This document shows, piece after piece, positions 44,264 through 53,876 of a stretch of 64,000 nucleotides of DNA (positions are counted from its first letter, which is position 1; each line of letters begins with the position of its first letter). The stretch covers positions 1 to 64,000 of IMG/VR virus record IMGVR_UViG_3300038441_001119. One strand, 5' to 3'. Under the pieces are notes generated by a model. It did not search any database and was not told where the DNA came from. It saw nothing but the letters and a program-made list of their open reading frames with translations. The position numbers and the translations under genes are program-made.

Positions 44264-46408
44264 TCAAGAGACGAATTGGTCGAAGCCGCCTGAGAACCCG
44301 ATGTAGATCAGACGTGCCGAAGTCAGCGTAGAGATACTGACATTACTTCCATTGTTAACTCTGCAGGTGCCACTGCCTGTAACAGTCATCGTCTGAGTCG
44401 AGCTATTACGTACGATGAAATGTTGACCTACTTGCATGGTACCAAGGCTGTCTATAGTCAGAGTATGTCCGCCAGAGTTGTAGATACCGATGTATACCTT
44501 GCCTGCCGGATTGCCACCAGAGTAAGTGGAGATGTCGAGAGAAGCAGAGGAGGCCAGACCAACAATATCGTAAGGAAGAGTCTCCAAGTCCGTAATGTCA
44601 GCCATTACGTGAGTGTGCGTTCTGTCCGCTGCATCAAGGAAGATCCGAGCATCGTTGTCGTTCAACGCCACAAGGAAGTCCTCCATGAACGGCTCCACGT
44701 CGACAATATCCTCTACAGTAATAGTGTGGGTGTGCGATGTAGAGGGTACATCCAGAGCAGTACGCCATGCTGCTGCATTCGCCAACGAGGCAAGGGTACC
44801 AGAGAAATAGATGTCAACGCCAGTGATGGACGCTATAGCGTGAGTATGAGAAGTGGAAGCCGCGTCTAGGTAACTGCGTGCACTTGTTGCCGTAGTTGCA
44901 GTTGCCAAGTTAAGACCAAGAGTGGAGAAACCACTAGTGATATCACTGAGGCTATGCGTATGCGATGCTGCTGCAGCAGAGATCGTGGCGCGAGCTGAGG
45001 CTGCATCGACAGTTGCGAGTAGGGACGCACCAGTGACACCGGCATTGGAGATTTGACTGATCGTATGGGTGTGTACTGTAGAGGGTACACCAAGCGTGGT
45101 CCTGATTGCAGTAGCGTCTGCACCAGTGAGCACTGCTCTGCCAGTTGAACTGGAGTCACTGATATCAACAGCGGTAATGCCGAGAGCAGACTTGGCAGCA
45201 GACGCTGAAGTCGTGGCTAGCAGGGTACTACCAAAGGAGCCTTTATAGCTGGAGACGACCCATGTGGTGTCATACTGATCAATGTCATAAGTACCAGCAG
45301 GAAGGATCACCGATGCGCCCAGCGAGTTACCCGAGTCAGAGACTAGGGTCGCAGGCGATGTGACATTGACTGTGAAGGTGTAGCCAGTACCAACGAACAC
45401 GCTGATCTTACTATGCGTGTTCGTATAATTGGCGGGGTTGATGTTAACCGCACTCGAAACAGAATTGACGATATACTTCTTAGTACCAGAGCTGTTGATC
45501 AGGTTGAAGGAACCGGTATTAACAACCACCAGATCCATGGACCCCTGACTGGAGAGCGCATCAATGGCTGTGCGAGCATCGGCTGCGGAAGCTACGGCCA
45601 TCAGTGTTTTACCCAGCGCGGAAGTGTCGGTGATGTCGTTGATGACGTGCGTGTGGACTTCGTTGGCAGCATCAATCAGATCCCGAACCACCGAAGCAGA
45701 AGCAGCCCCAGCAATGCTGCGACCAAGAGAAGTCGTATCAGTGATGTCTGTGAGAACATGGACATGAGAGGCTGCCGCCGCAGCGATTGCTGCACGTGCG
45801 TTAAGTTGCGAAGAAGCACCCAACACGGCTCTGCCAATCGCAGTGGAGTCACTGATCTCAGAAGCGGTGTGCGTATGCGAAGAAGGCGCTCCGCCGATGA
45901 TGGTGAGCACTGAGCCTCCGGATGCTGCGGTCATGATCAGGCGACCAGTGGCGGTGGCATCGGACAGCTGGCTTACAGTATGGTTATGGGCATTACCCAT
46001 CAGGGACTGCAGCTTGTCCCAGCGAACCGTAAAGGTGCTCTCCCTAGCAGAAGGAATGACAATGGGAAGGCGAGAGTTAGCAGGGAGGCTATTACCCTTG
46101 AAAGGAGGAAGCGAGGAGAAGGGTATACCCCTGTCCGGACCTTCCGTTACGATCTCGGCGTCTTCACTACCAGCCAACCACGACAACACGTAGTCATCGG
46201 TATCAGGAGGGGTAATCAGATCCACAGTGAAACCTGTTTCTGATCTAGAGGTAACAACAGCTTCAAGCCAAAGCTGCGATTCAGCCTCCGCAGCATTGTA
46301 AACATCCGTATGGATCAGCTGTGGAGGAGCCGTGAATGCAGAAGGATAGGAGACCTCATAAGAGACCTCACCAGTTACCAAAGAAAGTAGACCTTGTTGA
46401 AGCGCCAT
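44264..46408 (-). CDS. Long tail fibre with nine H-x-H repeats
   Basis: Roughly 37-aa Ala/Ser/Thr repeats each containing HTH/HNH/HVH...(I/L)(S/T)D. Confidence 0.85.
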   Translation of the reverse strand: MALQQGLLSLVTGEVSYEVSYPSAFTAPPQLIHTDVYNAAEAESQLWLEAVVTSRSETGFTVDLITPPDTDDYVLSWLAGSEDAEIVTEGPDRGIPFSSLPPFKGNSLPANSRLPIVIPSARESTFTVRWDKLQSLMGNAHNHTVSQLSDATATGRLIMTAASGGSVLTIIGGAPSSHTHTASEISDSTAIGRAVLGASSQLNARAAIAAAAASHVHVLTDITDTTSLGRSIAGAASASVVRDLIDAANEVHTHVINDITDTSALGKTLMAVASAADARTAIDALSSQGSMDLVVVNTGSFNLINSSGTKKYIVNSVSSAVNINPANYTNTHSKISVFVGTGYTFTVNVTSPATLVSDSGNSLGASVILPAGTYDIDQYDTTWVVSSYKGSFGSTLLATTSASAAKSALGITAVDISDSSSTGRAVLTGADATAIRTTLGVPSTVHTHTISQISNAGVTGASLLATVDAASARATISAAAASHTHSLSDITSGFSTLGLNLATATTATSARSYLDAASTSHTHAIASITGVDIYFSGTLASLANAAAWRTALDVPSTSHTHTITVEDIVDVEPFMEDFLVALNDNDARIFLDAADRTHTHVMADITDLETLPYDIVGLASSASLDISTYSGGNPAGKVYIGIYNSGGHTLTIDSLGTMQVGQHFIVRNSSTQTMTVTGSGTCRVNNGSNVSISTLTSARLIYIGFSGGFDQFVS

Positions 46409-46422
46409 AACTACACCCTGTA

Positions 46423-46767
46423 TTATAGATCCTTAGGCTTGTCTTGTCGCTTCTTTTTATTGTATCTCTGACAAGCTCTCTTGGCTACAGGTACAGCATT
46501 CCATAGTAATGCATCAGACATCCTGATGATGGCCTCGATCTGATCCTCTGTAAACAGGTAAGCCAAACCAGAGTAAGCGAATAAGGCATGATGCAACTCA
46601 TGCCTTACAGTCCCTTCAAACAGGGCGGTATCTTTGACTGTATTGGGATGCAGTATGATTGCGTCCCTTTCATAGTCGTAGTTACCGTGGTCCTCTAATG
46701 AAGGGTCTTCGATTACGGGGATCTTGCGACCTGCTATCTTCAAATTAAATAGCAACGTCTCTGCCAT
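46423..46767 (-). CDS. Small HExxH zinc-metallopeptidase-like protein
   Basis: G.Y......I.L......TVRHELHHALF. Confidence 0.65.
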   Translation of the reverse strand: MAETLLFNLKIAGRKIPVIEDPSLEDHGNYDYERDAIILHPNTVKDTALFEGTVRHELHHALFAYSGLAYLFTEDQIEAIIRMSDALLWNAVPVAKRACQRYNKKKRQDKPKDL

Positions 46768-46777
46768 ACAATCAGGA

Positions 46778-48148
46778 TTATACCTGACCGGGTTCGGATC
46801 TCCAGCTCAAATTAGGAAGCAGGTGTTTCCACGTTTCGTAAATGGATTTATTCTTGTGGTAGGAGTTAGGAAGCAATATCGCCTTACGTCCTGCTACGAG
46901 GGCGGAGATAGCGAAGTGCAGACAGTCTGTTTCCACCTCCCTATACCTAGCTGCACTCCTGACGTAATCCATAGCAGTCTTCATTCCGAGCCGGGGATCA
47001 TTCTTAGGGTGCGACGGAAAGAAGGATTCTATATCGTCACGTAAGAAGACGCCCTTTTCATTAGGAGGGTCAGGGAACTTCAGAAGTGGGATGGAGAACG
47101 CGAAGTCCGGGACAATACGTGTGTCTTTGTGTTTGGACATATCAAACGAGGTCTGCTCCCGTACAAACAGAATGTCCGCCAGATCCAGATGCGGGCGGTA
47201 CTCTTCGATAGTCTGCGGAAACACGATCACCTTCTTGCCTAGCGGTTTGACAGCCTTAGCCAGTCCAACAAGGATATGATCATGGTTCCAACTTCCTGAG
47301 ACACCTCCACCTCCCCCGTATGCATAAATGTCAGCTTGAGGGAGGTTCGTAGATGTCTTGGAATCATAGATACCGTGTTCAATCCCATTACGTTTGAACA
47401 GGGAAACCATACCTTCAACTATAAGGTCATCCCCTACATTACCGGGAGGTTTGATTACTACGACCGACTTACCTCTGAGTTCTTTCAGTAGAGGTTCGAA
47501 GTTACTATCTGGGACCAGTACATCGTCAGCGTTCAAGGAACGGGGCGGCATGTACTCGCCGGTTCGGTCGGAGAAGCCCTCCACCGTTGAGAAGTACATC
47601 TTGGGTAGGCGCAGGATTCTTGTACCTACATCTTTGCACGCGAGAGCAATAAGCTGCTCGTAGCATACTGCTTTAGCTTTGAGGGGTTTGGTGGCTGCGT
47701 TCTCGTAGGCAGCTAACAGCCATCCATTACTCTTAAGTAGGGGAGCATCATACAACACCGCTTGAGTTCCATGATATGGAAGAAAGACTTCATAGAACCC
47801 GGTACCCGTGGAAACCGAGTACAGCACTTCAGCACCCAGCAAGAAGATACCTTCGCCTTCAGGAGCTTCAAAAGTCAGTGTCTTAAGTTCCTCCACGTTC
47901 TGCGGTAGAGCATCATCCTCCAAAACAAGGACCATTCCTTTGGCTTCTTTAACTGCCTTGAGGTGGCTTAGCGAACACCCACGAATAGCACGAGCTGTCC
48001 TGTCCATTTCCCAGTCTGGGGTAATGGCATTCATAATCCGTGATTTGGGAAAGATCTTTCGAACCTCTGCAATAGCTGGCTCGCGGTCTACTCGTGTAGG
48101 AGAGTGGATGATTACGACTTCGCACTCCTGTAAAGAAATAAGGCTCAT
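46778..48148 (-). CDS. GT25-like glycosyltransferase fused to polysaccharide pyruvyltransferase
   Basis: N-terminal GCSLSH, VLVLEDDA, GTQAVLY; C-terminal GNVGDDLI, GGGG, PQTI, VRE..S, PDFAF, LHFAI.A, NSYHKNKSIY. Confidence 0.8.
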   Translation of the reverse strand: MSLISLQECEVVIIHSPTRVDREPAIAEVRKIFPKSRIMNAITPDWEMDRTARAIRGCSLSHLKAVKEAKGMVLVLEDDALPQNVEELKTLTFEAPEGEGIFLLGAEVLYSVSTGTGFYEVFLPYHGTQAVLYDAPLLKSNGWLLAAYENAATKPLKAKAVCYEQLIALACKDVGTRILRLPKMYFSTVEGFSDRTGEYMPPRSLNADDVLVPDSNFEPLLKELRGKSVVVIKPPGNVGDDLIVEGMVSLFKRNGIEHGIYDSKTSTNLPQADIYAYGGGGGVSGSWNHDHILVGLAKAVKPLGKKVIVFPQTIEEYRPHLDLADILFVREQTSFDMSKHKDTRIVPDFAFSIPLLKFPDPPNEKGVFLRDDIESFFPSHPKNDPRLGMKTAMDYVRSAARYREVETDCLHFAISALVAGRKAILLPNSYHKNKSIYETWKHLLPNLSWRSEPGQV

Positions 48149-48188
48149 TGCTGGAGCAACTAAACCCCAGCAATGAGCCTTGTGTCAA
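48140..48188 (-). promoter_or_regulatory. 15-bp perfect inverted repeat covering the start codon, preceded by TTGACA
   Basis: Arms 48140-48154 and 48167-48181, 12-nt loop, TTGACA at 48183-48188; could also be a terminator. Confidence 0.5.
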
Positions 48189-48200
48189 CTTTATTTATGA

Positions 48201-51200
48201 TTAACCCCTCAGGTCATTCAAGTAGTCCATCAGATGTGCGTCAATGGTATCAAGAGATGCCGCTACTGCGTAAACATCTCCTTTGAAGAACCTGCTGGAG
48301 GTACCATCTATGTAACCGCCCACAGAGCTACCCATAGTCGGAGTGTTGAATGTACCGGCTCTGGAGTAGCGGGGAACCAGGTCGTTAACGTATACATAGG
48401 CTTGGCTACTACCATTCTTCATAGCAATAACCCCTCCGTCCTCTAGATTCACCGTAGTGGACATCCACTCCAGTGCATCATGTATACAGACACCGTAGGA
48501 GCCGGGAACATCAAACGAACTTCCTGCAGCACCGGAGCCAATAGACCAGCCAGTACCCAGCCCTCCATTACTGAAGGCAGAGCCTCCGGAATCGCTGTCA
48601 GGTCTGCAGACCACATAGGTCGTCAAATCTGTAGAGTTATCAGCGAGCGTAGTATTGGAGATAAGGATCTTTCTGGTACCTCCGGGGAAATTAACCACAG
48701 GAACACCGTAACGGAACCTAAGTGTTGGGCGCTGAGATGAATCCGGAGCTGTATACACTAGGCCAGATGAGGTCAATACGTCTTTCCACACGTAGATAGG
48801 ATCTCCATCTTCCATTGCTGGAATGGTCATAGCAGCGTCTTGATAGAGACCTAATGGGACATTGTCGCCATTGTGAGTCTGCAGACGAAGCTGATACGAT
48901 GGAGGCGGTCTAAGGGAGTGGGAGTGCTGCGCTACTTTCTGCAGATCTGCGAATGATAGGTATGCAGTACCTGCGAAGTACCCCGTTCCTTTATGCGTAG
49001 AAATGGAATATCCCGCTCCTCCGCTAATATCCGTACCATGCACAGCAAGTTCCAGATTACCAAGTGAAGCAGAGAAGGGAGAACTTAGTGTACCTGTGGT
49101 TTCGATATTGGACGTGGGGGTAATGGTGACCTGCCTAACGCTAGTTCCATTCCACGTCACGGCTACCGTATTCCATTTATTAGCAGTTACAGCTTGCGCG
49201 TTAACCGGACCGGTCACACCGATGTGCCCAAGGCCATAGATATTAGTAGTATTATCGCGACATAGGGCGGCTCCCCCGCTGCTGACTCCAAGCAATGTAC
49301 CATAGGGCGCGGTTTCTTCGGCAAGGAATGTGGCCACCAAGAAACCTGATGAGTTGATGCTGGTGGCTGGGAGGTCTGTAACCATACGAACTGTACCCCC
49401 GGTCATTGCTAGCACCGGAGTACCGTTGATGTAGTCAACTGATGGGCGTTTACCTGCGTCGGTCTGCGTTCCAACACCATCAATACCGCTCCAAGTATGT
49501 ACAAGATCCCCATCAGCAACTGCAGGAGTCTCACCTGAGTCTTTCCTCATTTTATACGGGAAAGGCGTTCTATCTCCCAAATGCGATTGAAGTCTGAGAC
49601 TAAAATCAATATCTACGATAGGGTCCACCGGAATCTGCGATCCAAGGTAATTACGAATGACTGTACGGTCGCCGTCCAGAGTATCCGATGCGCGGCTGAC
49701 GAAGATTACTTCTCGCACAGTACCGGACCATGTGGAGGGGCGGGAGTCTCCTATAACAGGATCCTCTCCTAAGGCAAACGTATTGTCACCAGTGGCGTGA
49801 AGTAACGTACTGTTCAACCAAGCTTTCCAATAACCATTCTTACTGGAGACTTCATATATGTACCAGTCCGACAGGACGGTGGAGGGGTTGCCAACAACCT
49901 TCCTTACATTACTGGCAAAATCATCATAGATTATCCCGTCCAGATATGGCATATGGCCACCATATTCCGCACCATTTCCTACATCACCAATTAGACCTCC
50001 ATCGCCGGTTCCGATCACTGGTGGATCAAGGTTGTTCTTTGCCAAGACAAATACGGACAGCTCTGAATATCCTTCTCCTTCAAAGGTTGGTAAATGGAGG
50101 CGGTCGCCAACTCCATCAAATCTTACACCAGTTTCATACAACGTCGGTGCAGAACCTACAGTATCAGATGTACCGGCACCGGCAAGTGTTCCACGGTTAG
50201 GCCACGACATGACAGACGCTCCGATACCGTCAAGGTCAGTATAGCGATATCGTGCGACAACGTCTGGCACGTTGACAATAGGATCCGTGTAGTTGTGGAA
50301 CGATCTGAGGTCCACAACTTCAGGAAGATAGTACGTAGCAATACCTGCGGCTGCGTCTACAGCTGAGATGATAGCTTCCCAGTCACGATTGTAGTAGTAG
50401 GGACCTCTGTGAGGGTAGTACCAATGACTCAGCAATACCAGCTCTCCATTTACAGGGATTACAGAGGGACCTCCAGAATCTCCCGCAACAGGATAGCGGA
50501 AGAAGGGGGACAGATTGTCTCCGGACAAGGTTCCATATGTAGCACTGGTAATGGAATCATCTAGATACTCCAGAGTATAAACAGCTGCCTCTCCAAATTG
50601 ATTCCTACCAAACGTATGAACGCCCCACTCGGTCTTCCTGAGGTAGTCACCAAGGTTGTCAGGCGGAATCAGTAGAGGCTTGATGACAGATGGTAAATCC
50701 TCGTTGAGTGCGGCTATGGCAATGTCAGTTCCCGGAACGAAGTAGGTTGCCAAGACTGTTCTATCGTAGACATCATCATCAGCACTTACAAACCTTACAG
50801 TGCTGCCTGTAGGGAATGGATTGCCGTAGTGGACTGCTCCGACAATATGCCGAGGGGTAATGAGATTGGCAGCCGATGTTTGACCCCACACGGAGTTCCA
50901 CACTGCCATACCTGACATACCGGCTGCAAAATCAGCACACCACACATCAGTATTACGGACATAGGACGCCTCCGTATGGGCAGCGGAAGAAAATATCTTC
51001 CACGTAGTCGGACTGACTGTTAGCCCTTCGGTTCTACCATCGATTTCGTCAAAGATATGCTTTGCGAGGGATCCGTCAGCCCACCTCGAAAAGGTATATG
51101 TTTCCGCAGGATCCAGTAGCTCTACATTGACCGTGAACTTCTGGGTCCTTGGTCCTGTGTAAGCCATAATCTCCGCTGCACCATCAGATACATACGTGAT

Positions 51201-51455
51201 ATTTCCTTCCGCGTCCACTGTGGCAATGGAAGGATCCAGACTGGCGAAGGTACCGTTGTTACCGAACCCCCTAGGTACGAGAACGCCTTCCTTATAGTAG
51301 GAAGCACCTTCATGCGCCCAGAGAACAGCGTCCTCTTGTACCTCTTCAGTAGTACTACCGGGGTCTGCAATGCGTTGGGTGTACTGCAAAGCGTACCCAT
51401 CATTGGGCAGCTTGCCTACAAGATAATGCGAACTAGAGCTGTCACCGACAATCAT
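48201..51455 (-). CDS. Multidomain spike/fibre: Ig-like domain, trypsin-like serine protease, LamG-like modules
   Basis: SLDPSIATVDAEG (Ig-like), LITPRHIVGAVH / TDIAI / GDSGGP triad, LamG-like repeats. Confidence 0.8.
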   Translation of the reverse strand: MIVGDSSSSHYLVGKLPNDGYALQYTQRIADPGSTTEEVQEDAVLWAHEGASYYKEGVLVPRGFGNNGTFASLDPSIATVDAEGNITYVSDGAAEIMAYTGPRTQKFTVNVELLDPAETYTFSRWADGSLAKHIFDEIDGRTEGLTVSPTTWKIFSSAAHTEASYVRNTDVWCADFAAGMSGMAVWNSVWGQTSAANLITPRHIVGAVHYGNPFPTGSTVRFVSADDDVYDRTVLATYFVPGTDIAIAALNEDLPSVIKPLLIPPDNLGDYLRKTEWGVHTFGRNQFGEAAVYTLEYLDDSITSATYGTLSGDNLSPFFRYPVAGDSGGPSVIPVNGELVLLSHWYYPHRGPYYYNRDWEAIISAVDAAAGIATYYLPEVVDLRSFHNYTDPIVNVPDVVARYRYTDLDGIGASVMSWPNRGTLAGAGTSDTVGSAPTLYETGVRFDGVGDRLHLPTFEGEGYSELSVFVLAKNNLDPPVIGTGDGGLIGDVGNGAEYGGHMPYLDGIIYDDFASNVRKVVGNPSTVLSDWYIYEVSSKNGYWKAWLNSTLLHATGDNTFALGEDPVIGDSRPSTWSGTVREVIFVSRASDTLDGDRTVIRNYLGSQIPVDPIVDIDFSLRLQSHLGDRTPFPYKMRKDSGETPAVADGDLVHTWSGIDGVGTQTDAGKRPSVDYINGTPVLAMTGGTVRMVTDLPATSINSSGFLVATFLAEETAPYGTLLGVSSGGAALCRDNTTNIYGLGHIGVTGPVNAQAVTANKWNTVAVTWNGTSVRQVTITPTSNIETTGTLSSPFSASLGNLELAVHGTDISGGAGYSISTHKGTGYFAGTAYLSFADLQKVAQHSHSLRPPPSYQLRLQTHNGDNVPLGLYQDAAMTIPAMEDGDPIYVWKDVLTSSGLVYTAPDSSQRPTLRFRYGVPVVNFPGGTRKILISNTTLADNSTDLTTYVVCRPDSDSGGSAFSNGGLGTGWSIGSGAAGSSFDVPGSYGVCIHDALEWMSTTVNLEDGGVIAMKNGSSQAYVYVNDLVPRYSRAGTFNTPTMGSSVGGYIDGTSSRFFKGDVYAVAASLDTIDAHLMDYLNDLRG

Positions 51456-53263
51456 TACGAAGAAGCATACATTAGGGTAGCACCGTTACAAGCAAGAAGC
51501 AGAGCCGAGGCGGACCCCAGAGCAACGGAATCATTTATTTTGAAAACAACAGAACGGGGATCGTTCACTGTAGATTCGGTGTAGAATCCGGTGTATACCA
51601 CATTGTGAGGAAATATCTCCCGCATATAATGGTTTACCTGCCCATAGTAACCCGGACCGGACGCATTGAATACAACCTCCGTGTTGTAATTGTATGTATC
51701 GAATTCTATAACACCGGTTCCACCTGCCGATACCGGCGAGTACGATTGGTTGATCGTAACTTTATCTGCATTCAGCGGCAGCGTAACTATCCCGTCGATG
51801 AGGTTCAGGTAATCTACGTAGTCAGGGTGACTTGAAAGCGTATAGATCTGATGACCGCGCCAAGGAAGCTCACCAGCCACCGTGACCCCATCTCCCATAC
51901 CAGTACAGTAGTTGAAATAAGGCACAGTGAACAGCTCACCTGCAGCAGGTACGTCCGTGCTAAGATCACCGTACGGGATCTCGCGGGGCTTCAGCCCAGC
52001 AACAGGCCACTCCCCATCAAAGTTAAGACGGGGAACTTTGGCAATGGAAGCAACATCCTTGATACCGATAACGTCAGGCTGATCAACCAAGAACAACACT
52101 TGTCCATTGTTGAGCTTGTTGAAGTATAGGCGAGGATTAGTGAAATTAGCGGGGGCGGGAGCCGTACCCCCCGAAATCCACGTCCAGTTGCCTCCGGGGC
52201 TGTCCACGTTAGGACCTCCACCGACACGTCTCCACAAACGGTGATCAGGGAACCCGAGGGTTCCCAATGGGTTTTCATATAGAAGTTCCCATGCACTATT
52301 GACGCTGGACCAAGTCATACTGACGCCGCCGAAAAATTCGTGAACAGGGGTGCCGTTTTTATAATAGGCCAGCTTGCCGTTAACGATGTCACCGTTAGTG
52401 TACCACTCTCCCCAGAAGTAATAATCTTCCGGCAACATGTTACGAGAAGGGTACACCCAAAACGAGTCCCAGTAAGCTGTGGGATCTTCAGGCTCTTCCT
52501 CTAATTGAATAGCCGTTCTGGAACGTGTTTCGACCATCCTGAGTACAGTAGTCGAAGTTGTAGCAGTGCTGTTTTCTGCAAAGGGCTGTGGTTGATAACC
52601 GGAGAACCACCCGATGTCGCCTTCCATGATCATGGCGGCGGAACCTCCGTGAAGAGTGTTACTGATCTTCACCACAGGATATGTGTTGTTAGCAGTAGAG
52701 CCGGTGAAGGTCGTAACCTGTCCAGTCGTAGTGGTATGCTGCGCGTTAGCCAGTGGTGCCTTCAGAGCAAGGTCCGAGACAAGGTTAACTACGGTCGACT
52801 GATCTTGAGTACCGGTGTGATTGGAACGGGCAAGCAGGGAAGCGTTGTCAAGGTTAGCGGTAGCACCCGGAGAAATGTTGGAAAGCTTGATATGCTCCGC
52901 GGAAGTCATGAAGCCCGATTGAAGACTGTCCACGTAAGCATGGGCAGATCCTCCAGCTCCTATATGACTGCTCAATGAAGACGACACGAAAGACAGTTCG
53001 TCTGTAAGAACGGACACATCAGTAGAAAGATCTGAGACTTCTGTCGTAAGATCATCCACGGCATCTTCAAACCCGACTATGTCTGATGATTTGGCAAGTT
53101 CAGCCCATCCACCATCCGTCGGAAACTTATAGTAAATACGATTACCGTCCGATGCAGTCTGTCCAAAGTCTCCCGGAGTTTCAGGATCAACATTAGACGG
53201 AATACCAAAGTAAGGGTCTGGAATACCATTCCCGAAAGGGTTAGTTACAACGAAATCCGACAT
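51455..53263 (-). CDS. Tail fibre protein
   Basis: LLARSNHTGTQ..STVVNLVSDLALKAPLA motif; Ser/Thr/Gly-rich. Confidence 0.75.
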   Translation of the reverse strand: MSDFVVTNPFGNGIPDPYFGIPSNVDPETPGDFGQTASDGNRIYYKFPTDGGWAELAKSSDIVGFEDAVDDLTTEVSDLSTDVSVLTDELSFVSSSLSSHIGAGGSAHAYVDSLQSGFMTSAEHIKLSNISPGATANLDNASLLARSNHTGTQDQSTVVNLVSDLALKAPLANAQHTTTTGQVTTFTGSTANNTYPVVKISNTLHGGSAAMIMEGDIGWFSGYQPQPFAENSTATTSTTVLRMVETRSRTAIQLEEEPEDPTAYWDSFWVYPSRNMLPEDYYFWGEWYTNGDIVNGKLAYYKNGTPVHEFFGGVSMTWSSVNSAWELLYENPLGTLGFPDHRLWRRVGGGPNVDSPGGNWTWISGGTAPAPANFTNPRLYFNKLNNGQVLFLVDQPDVIGIKDVASIAKVPRLNFDGEWPVAGLKPREIPYGDLSTDVPAAGELFTVPYFNYCTGMGDGVTVAGELPWRGHQIYTLSSHPDYVDYLNLIDGIVTLPLNADKVTINQSYSPVSAGGTGVIEFDTYNYNTEVVFNASGPGYYGQVNHYMREIFPHNVVYTGFYTESTVNDPRSVVFKINDSVALGSASALLLACNGATLMYASS

Positions 53264-53303
53264 ATCAGTACGGTAATTATAGTCTATGTAACTACTTACG
53301 GAA

Positions 53304-53332
53304 AGTAGAAATCTACCACGTAGATTTCTACT
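53304..53332 (-). terminator. Perfect 12-bp hairpin, probable terminator
   Basis: AGTAGAAATCTA-CCACG-TAGATTTCTACT. Confidence 0.55.
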
Positions 53333-53757
53333 AGCAAATTATTTTTAGGCAGACCTGTCCTTAAACCCTTTGGCTATTTTTGTTTTAGCAGTCGCTTTGT
53401 CCTTGGTCTTCGTTTCGCCATCCTCTGTCCTGTTACTTTATCACCTTCACTTTCATCTAGCCTCTGCGCGAGTAGCGAGCGAGAGAGAGCGGAAGCGGCG
53501 TTAGGCCGCGATGCGCAGGGCGTTATCCGTCGCAGACTTCGTCTGGCGACACGTTGTCGACTCTAAATCGACTTTTGGGGGCCCCGAGGCGATGCCTCAC
53601 CCCTCAAAAGCTCGATTTTTAAAAGGGTTATTTTTAATTGTGTCCCCTTTGTAGACAGTATAGAGAACACTTACATTGTTTGAACTTAATTACATTTTGT
53701 TTGTAACCTCTTTACTGGAGCAGAAACATTGTAAGCATTTTCTCTTGGAATACAGAT

Positions 53758-53785
53758 ATTATACCATAACTTATTTCCATGTCAA
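53758..53785 (-). promoter_or_regulatory. Perfect-consensus sigma70 promoter TTGACA-16-TATAAT
   Basis: TTGACA at 53780-53785, TATAAT at 53758-53763; points into about 490 nt of non-coding DNA. Confidence 0.8.
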
Positions 53786-53809
53786 GGAAAAAAGTGAGTA
53801 CAAGGAGAT

Positions 53810-53861
53810 AAAAAAAAGATGTATCTCTGTAAGATACTCTGGGTGAATATCTTACAGAGAT
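53810..53861 (-). terminator. Intrinsic terminator
   Basis: 14-bp stem ATCTCTGTAAGATA/TATCTTACAGAGAT plus T-tract. Confidence 0.8.
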
Positions 53862-53876
53862 GAAAAAAGTATGAAA

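Noticed and set aside
2986-48890. DGR template/variable-repeat pair for the shared spike module
   Set aside because: Differences are synonymous rather than adenine-specific, the repeat is short, and no reverse transcriptase is in the window
53345-53445. Protein-like Lys-rich frame in the non-coding gap
   Set aside because: No start codon in frame; at most a remnant
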